Of a DNA stretch of 64,000 nucleotides, positions 30,132 through 40,267 are shown in pieces. The position numbers and the translations under genes were made by a program. This stretch comes from an uncultured delta proteobacterium (lineage in GTDB: Bacteria; Desulfobacterota; Binatia; UBA9968): positions 32,001 through 96,000 of the forward strand of contig CAVTUQ010000008.1 of NCBI GenBank assembly GCA_963737905.1. The letters are read 5' to 3'. Below the pieces are notes generated by a model. It ran no database searches. It had not been told where the DNA came from and was given only the letters and a program-made list of their open reading frames with translations. Positions within the stretch are counted from its first letter, which is position 1, and each line of letters opens with the position of its first letter.

Positions 30132-30715
30132 GGAGGGTCCTGGTCATAGACGACCATGTTCCCTCCCGCGACAATCTAAAACGGGCTCTGGCTGCCAGTG
30201 GTTGTCAGATTGTCGGCGAGGGAATGAGCGGCAAGGGAGCGGCCCAGTTAGCTTCGGCCACGGTCCCTGATGTAATTTTGATGGCGGTGGGCCTGTCTGA
30301 TCTGGATGGGATACGCGCTGCGCGGAAGATCATGCAGGCAAAGCCCGTTCCGGTTATTCTTGTCAGCAGCCACTACGACCCCGAAACTGTCGAGCGCGCT
30401 AAACGTGCCGGCGTGATGGGTTATCTTCTCAAACCTCTGCGAGACGGCGAGCTGCTACCCACAATCGAAATTGCAGTGTCTCATTTCCAAGAGTTTGTTG
30501 CCCTCCAAAAAGAAAACGAGAATCTCAAGAAGACCCTCGAAGCACGGAAGATCATTGAGCGCGCGAAAGGGATTTTGATGAAGAGCCAAGGACTTTCGGA
30601 GGGGGAGGCATTTTCCTTAATTCAGAAAAAGAGCATGGACTTACGTAAACCGATGGGTGAAATCGCGGAAGCGGTGATCTTGAGCGCAGAGCTCTCTAAA
30701 GGGAAGAGCGATTAA
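30128..30715 (+). CDS. ANTAR-domain antiterminator with atypical receiver domain (NasT/AmiR-like)
   Basis: ANTAR motif RKIIERAKGILM...EAF..IQKKSMD; receiver PDVILMAVG has Ala at the phospho-Asp position. Confidence 0.92.
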   Translation: MRRVLVIDDHVPSRDNLKRALAASGCQIVGEGMSGKGAAQLASATVPDVILMAVGLSDLDGIRAARKIMQAKPVPVILVSSHYDPETVERAKRAGVMGYLLKPLRDGELLPTIEIAVSHFQEFVALQKENENLKKTLEARKIIERAKGILMKSQGLSEGEAFSLIQKKSMDLRKPMGEIAEAVILSAELSKGKSD

Positions 30716-30741
30716 AGCTCCGTGGTGCGCCAACGATTCGG

Positions 30742-30758
30742 TGCTGAATTCCCGGGCA
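30742..30758. promoter_or_regulatory. NtrC-type enhancer site
   Basis: TGCTGAATTCCCGGGCA (TGC-N11-GCA). Confidence 0.5.
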
Positions 30759-30840
30759 GGGAGTGATTCTTTGATACGCAATCCACTTGTGAGGCGATGA
30801 AATAACACCGTAGGCAAGAACTTTTTTCCCAAGATAGCGC

Positions 30841-30856
30841 TGGCATAACCGTTGCT
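30841..30856 (+). promoter_or_regulatory. Sigma-54 promoter
   Basis: TGGCATAACCGTTGCT, GG-N10-GC. Confidence 0.82.
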
Positions 30857-30871
30857 ACTCAGCGAGTCAAG

Positions 30872-30936
30872 GGCAACGTTGCCATCGGTCGAGCAAAGGC
30901 GCTCATCGTGCAAGCGGTGGAGCGCTTTTGTTTTTT
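30872..30936 (+). promoter_or_regulatory. ANTAR-target dual hairpin overlapping an intrinsic terminator
   Basis: P1 GGC-AACGTT-GCC and P2 GAGC-AAAGGC-GCTC (A1/G4 hexaloops); terminator CAAAGGCGCTC...GAGCGCTTTTG-TTTTTT. Confidence 0.85.
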
Positions 30937-30955
30937 GGTTGATAAGGAGGTCTTT

Positions 30956-31156
30956 ATGGCTCGGCGTCACGAGAAAACAATCACCGGAAAAATATTCGAG
31001 AATATCCTCTTTTTGGAAGAGGTCTTTGGTGACAAGGCCGATACGGATATCCCGGATGTACCGGTTCTCGAATTAGCAAAATGCTTTGAATTGTCTCATC
31101 GAAGAACGTTGCATCCCACCAGAGGACGCCAGAAGCCCTGGCCGCTTTGGAAATAG
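30956..31156 (+). CDS. Hypothetical protein under sigma-54/ANTAR control (may extend to 31323 via frameshift)
   Basis: TAAGGAGG RBS, ATG 30956; another frame continues ALAALEIERANYRITEVNDWVVVHP... to TAA 31323. Confidence 0.7.
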   Translation: MARRHEKTITGKIFENILFLEEVFGDKADTDIPDVPVLELAKCFELSHRRTLHPTRGRQKPWPLWK

Positions 31157-31640
31157 AGCGGGCGAATTACCGAATCACCGAGGTGAATGATTGGGTTGTC
31201 GTCCACCCCTCGGGCAAAGCCCAAAACAGCGAACCCCTTTCACGGCCTAAGATTGACCAAGATCGCGGAGTGTACAAACTACAAGTTCGAGCATTGTCCA
31301 GCCGAGCCGAGCTTAAAGTCTAAACGACGTCAGCTCAGGCAATCAATTCACTTTGAAGGGCAAACCAAAAAACGAGCGCCATAAAACCATTCACCCAATA
31401 TCTGTCCACGCTTTGGGTCAAGAATTGCATTGGTTCAGCGAGACTGTAGTTGATGACCAGTCGGGCATCATGAAAGCGCCGGAAAACTAAGTGGAACTTA
31501 GGATTTCTAGGCCCCATCGGCTGGCTTTGAGAAAAGCGTTGCCTAAATCTTAGTCCTGGCTGTGGTTAATGTTTGAGCGTTTGCTTAATTTCGTAACACT
31601 TAATTTTCGATTCCAGTCGATACTTGGTTGGCTCATTGGG

Positions 31641-31656
31641 CGGTATCTAAGTTGCT
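31641..31656 (+). promoter_or_regulatory. Sigma-54 promoter of porin gene
   Basis: CGGTATCTAAGTTGCT, GG-N10-GC; degenerate enhancer-like sites at 31540-31598. Confidence 0.65.
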
Positions 31657-31723
31657 TATCTAGAAAAGACTTTTTGACTGTGTCATATCACGCGTAGTCT
31701 CAATTTTTAGGAGGTGCACGACG

Positions 31724-32996
31724 ATGAAAAAAGGTGTGGTGGGTTTGTGGATTTTCAGCTTGTTTTTCTTGCTCAGCACGGTATACGCGGCTGAGCCGGA
31801 ACAGAAACCAGCTGCGCCGGAACAGAAACCGGCCGAGCCGGCGGAAAAACCTTTAGAACCAGGGTGGCTAAGCTTAGATAGCAGTGTGGGCGTTGCGGAC
31901 AATTGGATCGCACTTAATAAGTCAGCTGTGGAAAACGCTTTAGGGTTCAGCATTGGCGGGTACTTGGACACGAGTTACACTTGGAGTTCACGTCATCCGA
32001 AAGATCCCTCCAGAATCAGCGGTCGATATTTCTATGGAGACCAGAACAAAGTCGACTTTAACGATTTCCATATAGTTTTCGACAAGCCGGAGAAAGATTG
32101 GGGTGTTGGCTTCCACATATCCGGTGATTTCGGCCGCACCGGAGAGTTGTTGAGGGAAGCGACGTTGTGGAGCCTAAACTTGAATAAGGAACCTTCAGCC
32201 GAGTTGCGCGAGTCCTACATCACCACGACGATTCCTGTCGGTGAAGGAATTCAATTCAAGGGAGGTTTGTTTGTAACGACTCTGGGAACGGAAATCCTTC
32301 CAAACCCAGGCTCTTACAATGACCAAATAACGCGTTCGTTCGCGTTCAACTATGCCATTCCACTTCGTCACCTAGGCGGTCTTTTTACCTATCCATTTCT
32401 CAAAACGCTGACTGGCACCATGGGTGTTGTAACCGGTTGGGATAATCCTCGCGATAACAACGGTTCGCCATCGGGATTGTTTGGGCTAACCTTCACCCCC
32501 AGTGACACGTTCTCGTTGGCAAGCAATATCATCGTTGGTCCAGAACAGACGCATAACACCAACGATCCCCGTTTTACCTGGAGTAATGTCGCCACGATCA
32601 AGCCAATGGACCCTCTTACTCTCTTGCTAGAGTTTACGCTTGGTTTTGAGCAAGACGCATCGACGCCGACGGGTATTAAGGATGCCCAGTGGTACGCCTT
32701 CGCTGGTACAGGAGTCTTGGAGCTGGACGGACCGCTTCAGCACGTCGCTCCGAACCGAGCTATTTTTAGATGAAGGAGCGTCGAGGACGTCAAGGCTTTG
32801 CGGCCACCAAACCTATATTTCAACGTTGCGTTAGGTGAAGTGACGTTGGCGGGAACCTACAAGTTCACCAAAATGTTCCAGGGCCGAGCGGAGTTTAGGC
32901 AAGACTGGGCCAATCGAGCCGTTTATAAGAGAGGGTCGCAGCAACGCCAATGCCAATCAGACGACCTTAGGCCTGCAGTTGCTCTATCAATACTAG
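31724..32996 (+). CDS. Outer-membrane beta-barrel porin (BBP2/DUF1597-like), frameshifted near C-terminus
   Basis: Signal peptide, GGYLDTSY, GLFVTTLGTE, VTGWD, RAEFRQD, C-terminal QLLYQY beta-signal. Confidence 0.8.
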
Positions 32997-33021
32997 CCCA
33001 ATCGATAACTGGTTTCGCAGG

Positions 33022-33061
33022 CGGGGGAGGGAGACGGAACGTTTCCCTCCCCGTTTTTTTT
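33022..33061 (+). terminator. Rho-independent terminator
   Basis: GGGGAGGGAGACG/CGTTTCCCTCCCC stem followed by T8. Confidence 0.85.
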
Positions 33062-33151
33062 GAAATGCATTTCCCGATGACAGGTTCTCTCATGGAGATC
33101 TTGCAGAACCCCCGTCACGTTTGAGTCGTTCGGTTCTTTCCCGTATATGAA

Positions 33152-34767
33152 ATGTTGTCCACCTGGTTTTTTAATCGTTGGACATTTTCGATCGTTGGCC
33201 TCATAACTTGGACGCCCAGAAGCGCCACTATTTGTACCTTTGCCTTTTAGCGGGAGTCTCTTCTTCCCAGCCCTTGGCGCAAGGGATTTTTGGGCGCCGG
33301 TCGAGCCGCGCTATGCCGAGATCGTCCGCGTCATGTTCGCCAAGGGCGAATGGATTGTGCCCACGGTCAACGGTGATCTCTATACGGATAAACCGATTCT
33401 CTATTTCTGGTTGGCCTTCATTTGCTCAAAGCTCTTTGGGGCCGTAAACGAATGGACCGTCCGTCTTCCTGCTGCGCTTGGCGCCGTGGGAGCTGTTTTT
33501 ACAACCTACGCCCTCGGTCGAAACTTCTTCAGTCCGAGAATCGGCTTAATCGCCGCGTTTGTGCTAGCGACTTCAGCGCGGGTCATTTGGGAAGGGCGCT
33601 GGGCCCATGTGGACACGCTCTTTAGTTCTTCTTTGTTTTGTCGATGTACTTCGCCGCGCGAGCGGTCTTGAAAAAGGGAACTCTCAACGAACTGGTTCTT
33701 TCCTATGCCCTCATGGCGCTCGCAACGTTGACGAAGGGACTGATCGGGGTTGTGCTGCCGGCGCTTATTCTTCTAACGTTCGCTGCCGTCCGACGCGATT
33801 GGCGACTTTTGTCGGAAGCGCGCCTCCCATGGGGAGTGCTAATGTTTCTAGTGATCGCTGCTCCGTGGTTTGTCTTGGTGAATAGTGCCACCGACGGAAA
33901 GTGGTTGACGGATTTTATCTATCTCCATCACATCCAGCGATACCTCGCAGGTGTTGGCCACAGGCAGCCATTCTATTATTACTTTACGACGTTACCGGTC
34001 GATCTTTTGCCTTGGACGATATTTGCGATCCCGGCACTGTTCGTCTACAAGCCTCACAGGAAGGTCTTTGGAGACCCACTCTTGCTTTTCTTGACGTTGT
34101 GGTTTGTCGTTGTTTTCGTCTTCTTTACTCTTTCGGACACGAAGCGTGACTTGTATCTTCTTCCGCTTTTCCCTCCGGTGGCGCTCCTGATTGGAAAGTA
34201 TATCGACGATCTCGCGTCCGGCTCCTAGTGCAGGATCGTGGATCGAGGAGGCCCTGTTGTTTTTCAACTCGCTATGGCTTGGATGCCTCGCGCTGCCCAT
34301 CGCCACATGGGTTGTTTTTAGTGAGGCCTTCCGGCCGAGCGGTTTGCCGGCGCATACTTCGTCTGGCATCGTTCATCGCGGAAGGTGTTTTTGACGGCCA
34401 CCCTCGCCATGACATTTCCTACACTGACGGCGTCAGTGTGGTTGCTGCCGTTTCTGGAACGCTATAAGTCTCCCAGACCTTTTGCACTCGCAGTCAAAAA
34501 ACGCATTCCGCCAGCAGCACGGCTTTTTGTTTACGCTGACACGATGAACGACTATAATTTTTACCTGGAGAGAACCGTCATCCCGATCGTGGCCTCACAA
34601 GCGGAAACACAAACGCTGCTATTACAGGCGGACCCCGCCTATATGGTCGTTAGGGACAGGGATCTCAAGAAGTTGAAATGGATTACGAGGGACAGGATTC
34701 TCTTCAAGGCCGGCGCCCGCGGGAGGGTTGGTACCTGATTGCGCTCGGCAGTCGTATCAATCCATAG
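33152..34767 (+). CDS. ArnT/GT-C (family 39/83-like) membrane glycosyltransferase, several frameshifts; start uncertain
   Basis: EPRYAEI, DKPILYFW, EWTVRLP, LTKGLIG, APWF, HRQPFYYY and KRDLYLLP spread across frames. Confidence 0.8.
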
Positions 34768-34908
34768 TGGTCTCGCTTCATCCGGGTCTGTTTAACGACT
34801 CTATTGACACCGGACGGACAATTGGCTTAGCTCTAGTGGCTAAAACGTTCGCGCACCAAAGCCTGAATGAATTTGGCTTAAGAAAGATTGGAAGCGAAAG
34901 GAGTTGCC

Positions 34909-36516
34909 ATGAAACTTTTGAAACGCGTAAAAGCGATCGTCGCGACTGTCGTACTGCTCATTTTTCTCGTCCCTTACGTGTTCGCGGCCCAGCAGGAGAG
35001 TCCACGACCAGGAGGTGAGCTGGTATTTGCCGTGGGCGGCACCCCGCCGTCTTACGATGGTCACCGCGAAACCACGTTTGCCATGCTCCATCCGATCGCA
35101 CCGCACTACAGCACGCTGTTGAGATTCGATCCGCAAAATTACCCGAAGATTATCGGCGATGTTGCCGAGAGCTGGACGATCTCCAAGGATGCGCTCACTT
35201 ATACCTTCAAGATTCGCAAGGGAATTCAGTTTCACGATGGCAGTCTACTAACCGCCAATGACGTCAAGGCAACCTACGACAAGATTATTTTTCCGCCCGA
35301 AGGGGTGGTGAGCGCGCGCCAGGCCACCTACAGGGTCGTGGACAAAGTGGAGACTCCGGATGCGCAAACCGTGGTCTTTCGTTTGAAGTATCCATCGGCA
35401 TCTTTTCTCGCCAACCTGGCGTCGCCATGGAACTTCATCTACAAAGCCGACATCCTGGCTAAGGACCCGCGCTGGTATGAAAAGAATATCATGGGCACAG
35501 GGCCGTTTACTTATGTCGAGTACGTAGCGGGCTCTCACTGGGTGGGAAAGAAGAATCCAAATTATTTCATGAAGGGGAGACCGTATCTCGACGGCTATAG
35601 AGCAGTCATCATCCGGGACACCGCCCCGCGGGTCGCTGCAGTACGGAGCGGGCAAGCGCTCATCGAATTCCGCGGCTTCAACCCCGCAGCGCGCGACGAC
35701 ATCGTGAAAACCGCGGGGAACCAGGTGATGGTGCAGGAAAGCCCGTGGGTCTGTAATCTCACCGTGACGCTCAACAACGAAAAAAAACCGTTCGATGACG
35801 TGCGAGTTCGACGCGCCCTCACGCTTGCGATCGATCGGTGGGGAGCATCGAAGGCGCTGTCGCAGATTTCGGTGATGAAGTACGTAGGAGGGCTTTTACG
35901 GCCCGGCTCCGAGTTCGCTATACCTGAGTCCGAGCTCGTCAAGCTCGCCGGATTCGGAAAGAACATCGAGGCGTCGCGCAAGGAAGCGAGACAATTGCTT
36001 AAAGAAGCCGGAGTGCCTGAGGGTTTTTCCTTCACGCTCAAGAACCGCAACGTGAGAGAACCCTACGAAGTGACCGGCGTCTACGTCATCGATCAATGGC
36101 GTCAGGTCGGACTCAATGTCAATCACGTTCAGCAGGAAGAAGGAGCTTACTTCAATGATTTTCGCCAGGGTAACTACGAGGCCGGGATCGATTTTTCCTG
36201 TGATTTTATGGACGACCCGGATCTGCAGCTCTTCAAGTTCGTGAGCAGCAATAAGAGTCCCGTCAATTACGCGCGATACAACGACACGGTGTTGGATGAC
36301 CTATACGACAAGCAGAGCCGAGCCACCGATCCCAAAGAACGCCTGAAGCTCATAAGGCAATTCGAAAAGCGCGTTATCGATGAGAAGGCCTATCAGTTCC
36401 CCCCCACCCTCTGGTGGCAGCGCATCGTGCCGCACTGGACGAAAGTGAGAGGCTGGAAGATCACACCGAGTCACTACGTCAATCAGGACCTGAGGGACGT
36501 CTGGCTCGCGGAGTAA
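34909..36516 (+). CDS. ABC transporter substrate-binding protein (family 5, Dpp/Opp-like)
   Basis: Signal peptide, AESWTISKD..TYTFKIRKG..FHDG, GTGPF, KPFDDVRVRRA. Confidence 0.92.
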   Translation: MKLLKRVKAIVATVVLLIFLVPYVFAAQQESPRPGGELVFAVGGTPPSYDGHRETTFAMLHPIAPHYSTLLRFDPQNYPKIIGDVAESWTISKDALTYTFKIRKGIQFHDGSLLTANDVKATYDKIIFPPEGVVSARQATYRVVDKVETPDAQTVVFRLKYPSASFLANLASPWNFIYKADILAKDPRWYEKNIMGTGPFTYVEYVAGSHWVGKKNPNYFMKGRPYLDGYRAVIIRDTAPRVAAVRSGQALIEFRGFNPAARDDIVKTAGNQVMVQESPWVCNLTVTLNNEKKPFDDVRVRRALTLAIDRWGASKALSQISVMKYVGGLLRPGSEFAIPESELVKLAGFGKNIEASRKEARQLLKEAGVPEGFSFTLKNRNVREPYEVTGVYVIDQWRQVGLNVNHVQQEEGAYFNDFRQGNYEAGIDFSCDFMDDPDLQLFKFVSSNKSPVNYARYNDTVLDDLYDKQSRATDPKERLKLIRQFEKRVIDEKAYQFPPTLWWQRIVPHWTKVRGWKITPSHYVNQDLRDVWLAE

Positions 36517-36526
36517 TCCTTGCCAC

Positions 36527-36591
36527 GAGGATAGGGGATGGATGATAGGATCGAGAATCGCACGATCGTCGATTTTCCATCTTCAATCCTC
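36527..36591. repeat. Inverted array of degenerate heptamers
   Basis: GAGGATA GGGGATG GATGATA ... CGATTTT CCATCTT CAATCCT. Confidence 0.55.
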
Positions 36592-36602
36592 TCTAGCTGA
36601 AG

Positions 36603-37556
36603 GTGCGGCAGTACATTCTCAAACGTCTATTGTTAATGATCCCGACTCTGTTCGGGGTTGCCGCGCTTATTTTTCTGGTCCTTCGCGTTCTGCCGGGAGA
36701 CATTGTTGAACTCAAATACGCAGGCGCGGGCGCCTATGCGCCGAAAGAGGCGATCGCGCGGGAGCGGGCGCAACTCGGTTTAGACAAACCCATCTGGCAA
36801 CAATTCGTGAGCTGGATATCGGGGATTGTTCGTCTCGACTTCGGCACCTCGATGTGGACCGGGCAACCCATTAGCCATGAAATCGCGATCCGTCTGGAGC
36901 TAAGCCTTGAGCTCGCGTTGATGGCGACGTTTATCGCGGTTCTCCTCTCGATTCCGCTCGGCACTCTGGCAGCGGTAAAACAGGACACCTGGGTCGACTA
37001 CTGCGTGCGGATTTTTTCCATCGCGGGTCTTGCCATTCCGTCGTTTTGGCTTGGCATCGTTATCATTCTTGCTTTCATCATCTATTTTCGCTGGCTGCCC
37101 CCGCTGACTTTTACCTCGTTCTGGGTCGATCCCAAGGCGAACCTCATGCAGCTCATCTGGCCGGCACTTGCGGTCGGCTATCGCTACTCTGCAGTCGCCA
37201 CGCGTATGACCCGCTCCGCGATTTTGGAAGTCTTGCGCGAAGATTATATCCGGACCGCGCGGGCCAAGGGGCTTTGGGAGAGAGCCGTCCTCATTCGCCA
37301 TGCGCTCAAAAACGCGCTGCTACCGGTGATCACGGTGATAGGGCTCGAATTCGCTTTCCTCGTCGGCGGCTTGGTGGTCACCGAGCAGGTATTCAACCTA
37401 AACGGAATCGGCAAGCTCTTAGTGGAAGCGATCAGCCAACGCGATTACACCATGGTCCAAAGTCTTGTTTTGCTCACTTCATTCGTTTTTATCTTCGTAA
37501 ATTTTCTCGTCGATTTGATAAACGCCTATTTGGATCCCCGCATCCGCTATCGATGA
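36603..37556 (+). CDS. ABC permease (DppB/OppB-like)
   Basis: LGLDKP, DFGTS, EDYIRTARAKGL, HALKNA, LDPRIR. Confidence 0.93.
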   Translation: MRQYILKRLLLMIPTLFGVAALIFLVLRVLPGDIVELKYAGAGAYAPKEAIARERAQLGLDKPIWQQFVSWISGIVRLDFGTSMWTGQPISHEIAIRLELSLELALMATFIAVLLSIPLGTLAAVKQDTWVDYCVRIFSIAGLAIPSFWLGIVIILAFIIYFRWLPPLTFTSFWVDPKANLMQLIWPALAVGYRYSAVATRMTRSAILEVLREDYIRTARAKGLWERAVLIRHALKNALLPVITVIGLEFAFLVGGLVVTEQVFNLNGIGKLLVEAISQRDYTMVQSLVLLTSFVFIFVNFLVDLINAYLDPRIRYR

Positions 37557-37584
37557 ACGATGCTAACAAGGGAGGGATTGAAGT

Positions 37585-37647
37585 AGTTCAAACGTTCAAA
37601 CGGTTGAACTCGTCAGACTAGGTTCAACCATCTGAATCGTTTGAACG
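37585..37647. repeat. Short GTTCAA/TTGAAC repeat element
   Basis: Same unit as the 44820-44937 element. Confidence 0.5.
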
Positions 37648-38549
37648 AGCGTGAGATGGCAAGATATAGCCATAGGGTTTTTAAGTCTCCAATTATCTCT
37701 CGCGTTGATCGGTGGCTTGAGGCGTCTTTCCGTTTTACTTGCCAGCGTCCGTTAGGTGCCGTCGGAGCGGCCATTATCGGCATCATGATCGCGGCGGCCG
37801 TCCTTGCGGGATTTGTTTCACCCTACGATCCGTTGACGACGGATTACGCAACAATGTTACAGGCACCGAGCTCAGTTCACTGGCTCGGAACGGACTCGTT
37901 CGGTCGAGACGTATTCACGCGGATCATCTATGGCTCGCGCACGGCTTTGTGGATCGGCTTTGCGTCTTCCTTCCTTGGATCCACCATTGGAGCGCTCATC
38001 GGCCTAACCAGTGCCTATTTCGGCGGCAAGATCGATCTCGTGCTCCAACGTTTCATGGATCTGCTTTTGTCGTTTCCATTGATCATTTTGGCTCTGGTGG
38101 TGGTTTCGTTGCTGGGCTCCGGCATGACGAATGTCATTCTCGCCATCACGGTTCCCATGGTACCGCGATGCGCTCTGGTCGTGCGCAGCAGCGCCCTCAC
38201 TTTGCGTGAGATGCCGTTTGTAGAAGCCGCGCGCGCTCTCGGCTTCGGTCCGTTGCATATCATTGTCCGCCATTTGATGCCCAATGTCATGGCGCCCTAC
38301 CTGATCATGCTGACCGCATTTCTCGGCCAGGCAATTCTTTTAGAGGCCTCACTTTCCTTCCTGGGTCTGGGCGTGGCGGAACCGCAAGCGGCTTGGGGCC
38401 TGATGTTGCGTGGTGCCGCCGTTGAATTCGCGGAGCGCGCGCCTTGGATGGCTATCTACCCGGGTATCGCCATCAGCTTGTCAGTTTTTGCCTTTAATCT
38501 TTTCGGCGACTCGTTGCGCGACGCGTTGGATCCGAAACTGCGGATCTGA
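37641..38549 (+). CDS. ABC permease (DppC/OppC-like)
   Basis: HWLGTDSFGRD, FVEAARALG, LSFLGLG, WGLML, GDSLRDALDP. Confidence 0.92.
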   Translation: MNEREMARYSHRVFKSPIISRVDRWLEASFRFTCQRPLGAVGAAIIGIMIAAAVLAGFVSPYDPLTTDYATMLQAPSSVHWLGTDSFGRDVFTRIIYGSRTALWIGFASSFLGSTIGALIGLTSAYFGGKIDLVLQRFMDLLLSFPLIILALVVVSLLGSGMTNVILAITVPMVPRCALVVRSSALTLREMPFVEAARALGFGPLHIIVRHLMPNVMAPYLIMLTAFLGQAILLEASLSFLGLGVAEPQAAWGLMLRGAAVEFAERAPWMAIYPGIAISLSVFAFNLFGDSLRDALDPKLRI

Positions 38550-38685
38550 CAATCAAAGCGGCTTCGCGCCGTCAAGAATGATTTCCACAAGAATGATTTT
38601 CCAGTCGCATGCCCCGAAAAATCTTGATAGTTTGCGGAGGGAAATTTCTGAGTTGTCATAAGACCATGACGTGCATAAGGGATAA

Positions 38686-39135
38686 ATGGCCGTGTTAAGA
38701 AGATTGTCGGCGTCTTCGGTGCTACTGTGGGGAATGGTGCTGGTTGCCGGCACCTACTTCGTTTATCTGAGAGCGCCCGATTGGCTCGAAGGTGAACCTG
38801 ATCCTCGTTCGCAGGAATTCTTGAATAAGATCGCCGCGGAGATCAATCGATCAGTACCGGTTATGATCGATCAAGAAACCGAACTCATGCCCGCAGCCGG
38901 CGCGCCAGGGATGCTGATCTACAACTATCGTCTGGTCAATGTTTCAGTAGCGCAAGTGGATCACAGTAAGTTCGCGACCGGGGCGAAAGATCGGCTGAAG
39001 CAAGGCGTCTGCAACCGGCCCGAAACTCGGGATGATTTTTTAAAAAAGGGCGTCACGTTGCGTTACTCTTACTTCGATAAGGATAAACAACACATCGCAA
39101 CCGTCGATGTGACGCCATCGGACTGCGGATTCTAG
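38686..39135 (+). CDS. Hypothetical exported/membrane-anchored protein (PA3611/GspS-like pattern)
   Basis: N-terminal TM; VPVMIDQET..LIYNYRL..C...GVTLRYSYFDK...C. Confidence 0.6.
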   Translation: MAVLRRLSASSVLLWGMVLVAGTYFVYLRAPDWLEGEPDPRSQEFLNKIAAEINRSVPVMIDQETELMPAAGAPGMLIYNYRLVNVSVAQVDHSKFATGAKDRLKQGVCNRPETRDDFLKKGVTLRYSYFDKDKQHIATVDVTPSDCGF

Positions 39136-39196
39136 AACGCGCTGCGACGGATCGACGACGTGCGGCGTATTCAGGATGATGCTCTTGCCAAGATGG

Positions 39197-40225
39197 TCAT
39201 TTCAGAATTTCTTTTGCTTTGGGGATGAGTTTCGGATCGAGCTTGAATATGTCTTTCACGTTCCGCTCGAGCTCCTCCCCGTCCAACGGGTTGATATCGA
39301 GCTTTGCCTTCTTGGCGTCAGCAAGAAACTCTGGGTCTTTCATGACGGCCATAAATGCCTTTCGCAATGTCATCAGCCGGTCTTTCGGCGTCCCGGGTGG
39401 AAGCAAATAGGGTCTGGCCGCTGGCCCTACGCTGTGAACCAACGAGCTGATCAGGTTTCGCGCTTCGTCGGTCTTGGCATAGCTCATCGCTAGTGGGACC
39501 TTGGAAAGTTCCGGGTGGGATTTCGCGGTGGTCTGTAAAACAATCTCCAGGTCGCCGCTTTTCAGCTCGTTAGGCCAGGTGGCCGTGAAGGACTGCCAAG
39601 CGTTGCACACTCCTTGAACTTCGCCGCCGTCGAACGCCAGCCTGACGTCCGCGGTCCCCTTATAACCCGAGACAATTTGCGCAGGAAGCCCGATCGTTGC
39701 GATGAGTACCTTGGGGATATCGTCCGTGGCCGAACCCGCGCCGACTCCGCCGAGTTTCACGATGGTCTTGGAGGCCATCCACTGGTCCATGCTCGAGATG
39801 CCCGTATTTTTTTTGGAAATGCCGATAACATAATCGTCCTGGGTCGGTACACCGATGTATTCGAATTTGGCTGCGTCGAACTCGATGCCAGGCTTGCCCA
39901 ATAGTTGCTGTAAGAAGAGTCCGCCGATAAAATGTCCGATGGTCAGTCCATCCGGTTTGGCTACGTTGTACATATAATTCGCCGAAATGAGAAATCCGGC
40001 CCCCGGCATATTTTCCACGACAAAGGTCGGATTCCCAGGGATGTGCTTTCCCATGTGCCGTGCGATAGTGCGAGAGTAGGTATCATAACCGCCGCCCGCA
40101 GACGCCCCGACGATAATCCTGACCGTCTTGCCTTTGTAAAAGGAGTCTTGTGCTTTTGCCGGGTTGGGGAACAAAAGCAATACGAAAGAAAAAACGGTCA
40201 CTAGACGGGTGAGAACTTGAGTCAT
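39197..40225 (-). CDS. Tripartite tricarboxylate transporter (Bug/TctC) substrate-binding protein
   Basis: AGGGYD, VENMPGAG, AKPDGLTI, YKGTA, PPGTP. Confidence 0.9.
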   Translation of the reverse strand: MTQVLTRLVTVFSFVLLLFPNPAKAQDSFYKGKTVRIIVGASAGGGYDTYSRTIARHMGKHIPGNPTFVVENMPGAGFLISANYMYNVAKPDGLTIGHFIGGLFLQQLLGKPGIEFDAAKFEYIGVPTQDDYVIGISKKNTGISSMDQWMASKTIVKLGGVGAGSATDDIPKVLIATIGLPAQIVSGYKGTADVRLAFDGGEVQGVCNAWQSFTATWPNELKSGDLEIVLQTTAKSHPELSKVPLAMSYAKTDEARNLISSLVHSVGPAARPYLLPPGTPKDRLMTLRKAFMAVMKDPEFLADAKKAKLDINPLDGEELERNVKDIFKLDPKLIPKAKEILK

Positions 40226-40267
40226 AATGCCTCCTTCAGACTGTAGCCAATTGAGGTCACGCGAGCC

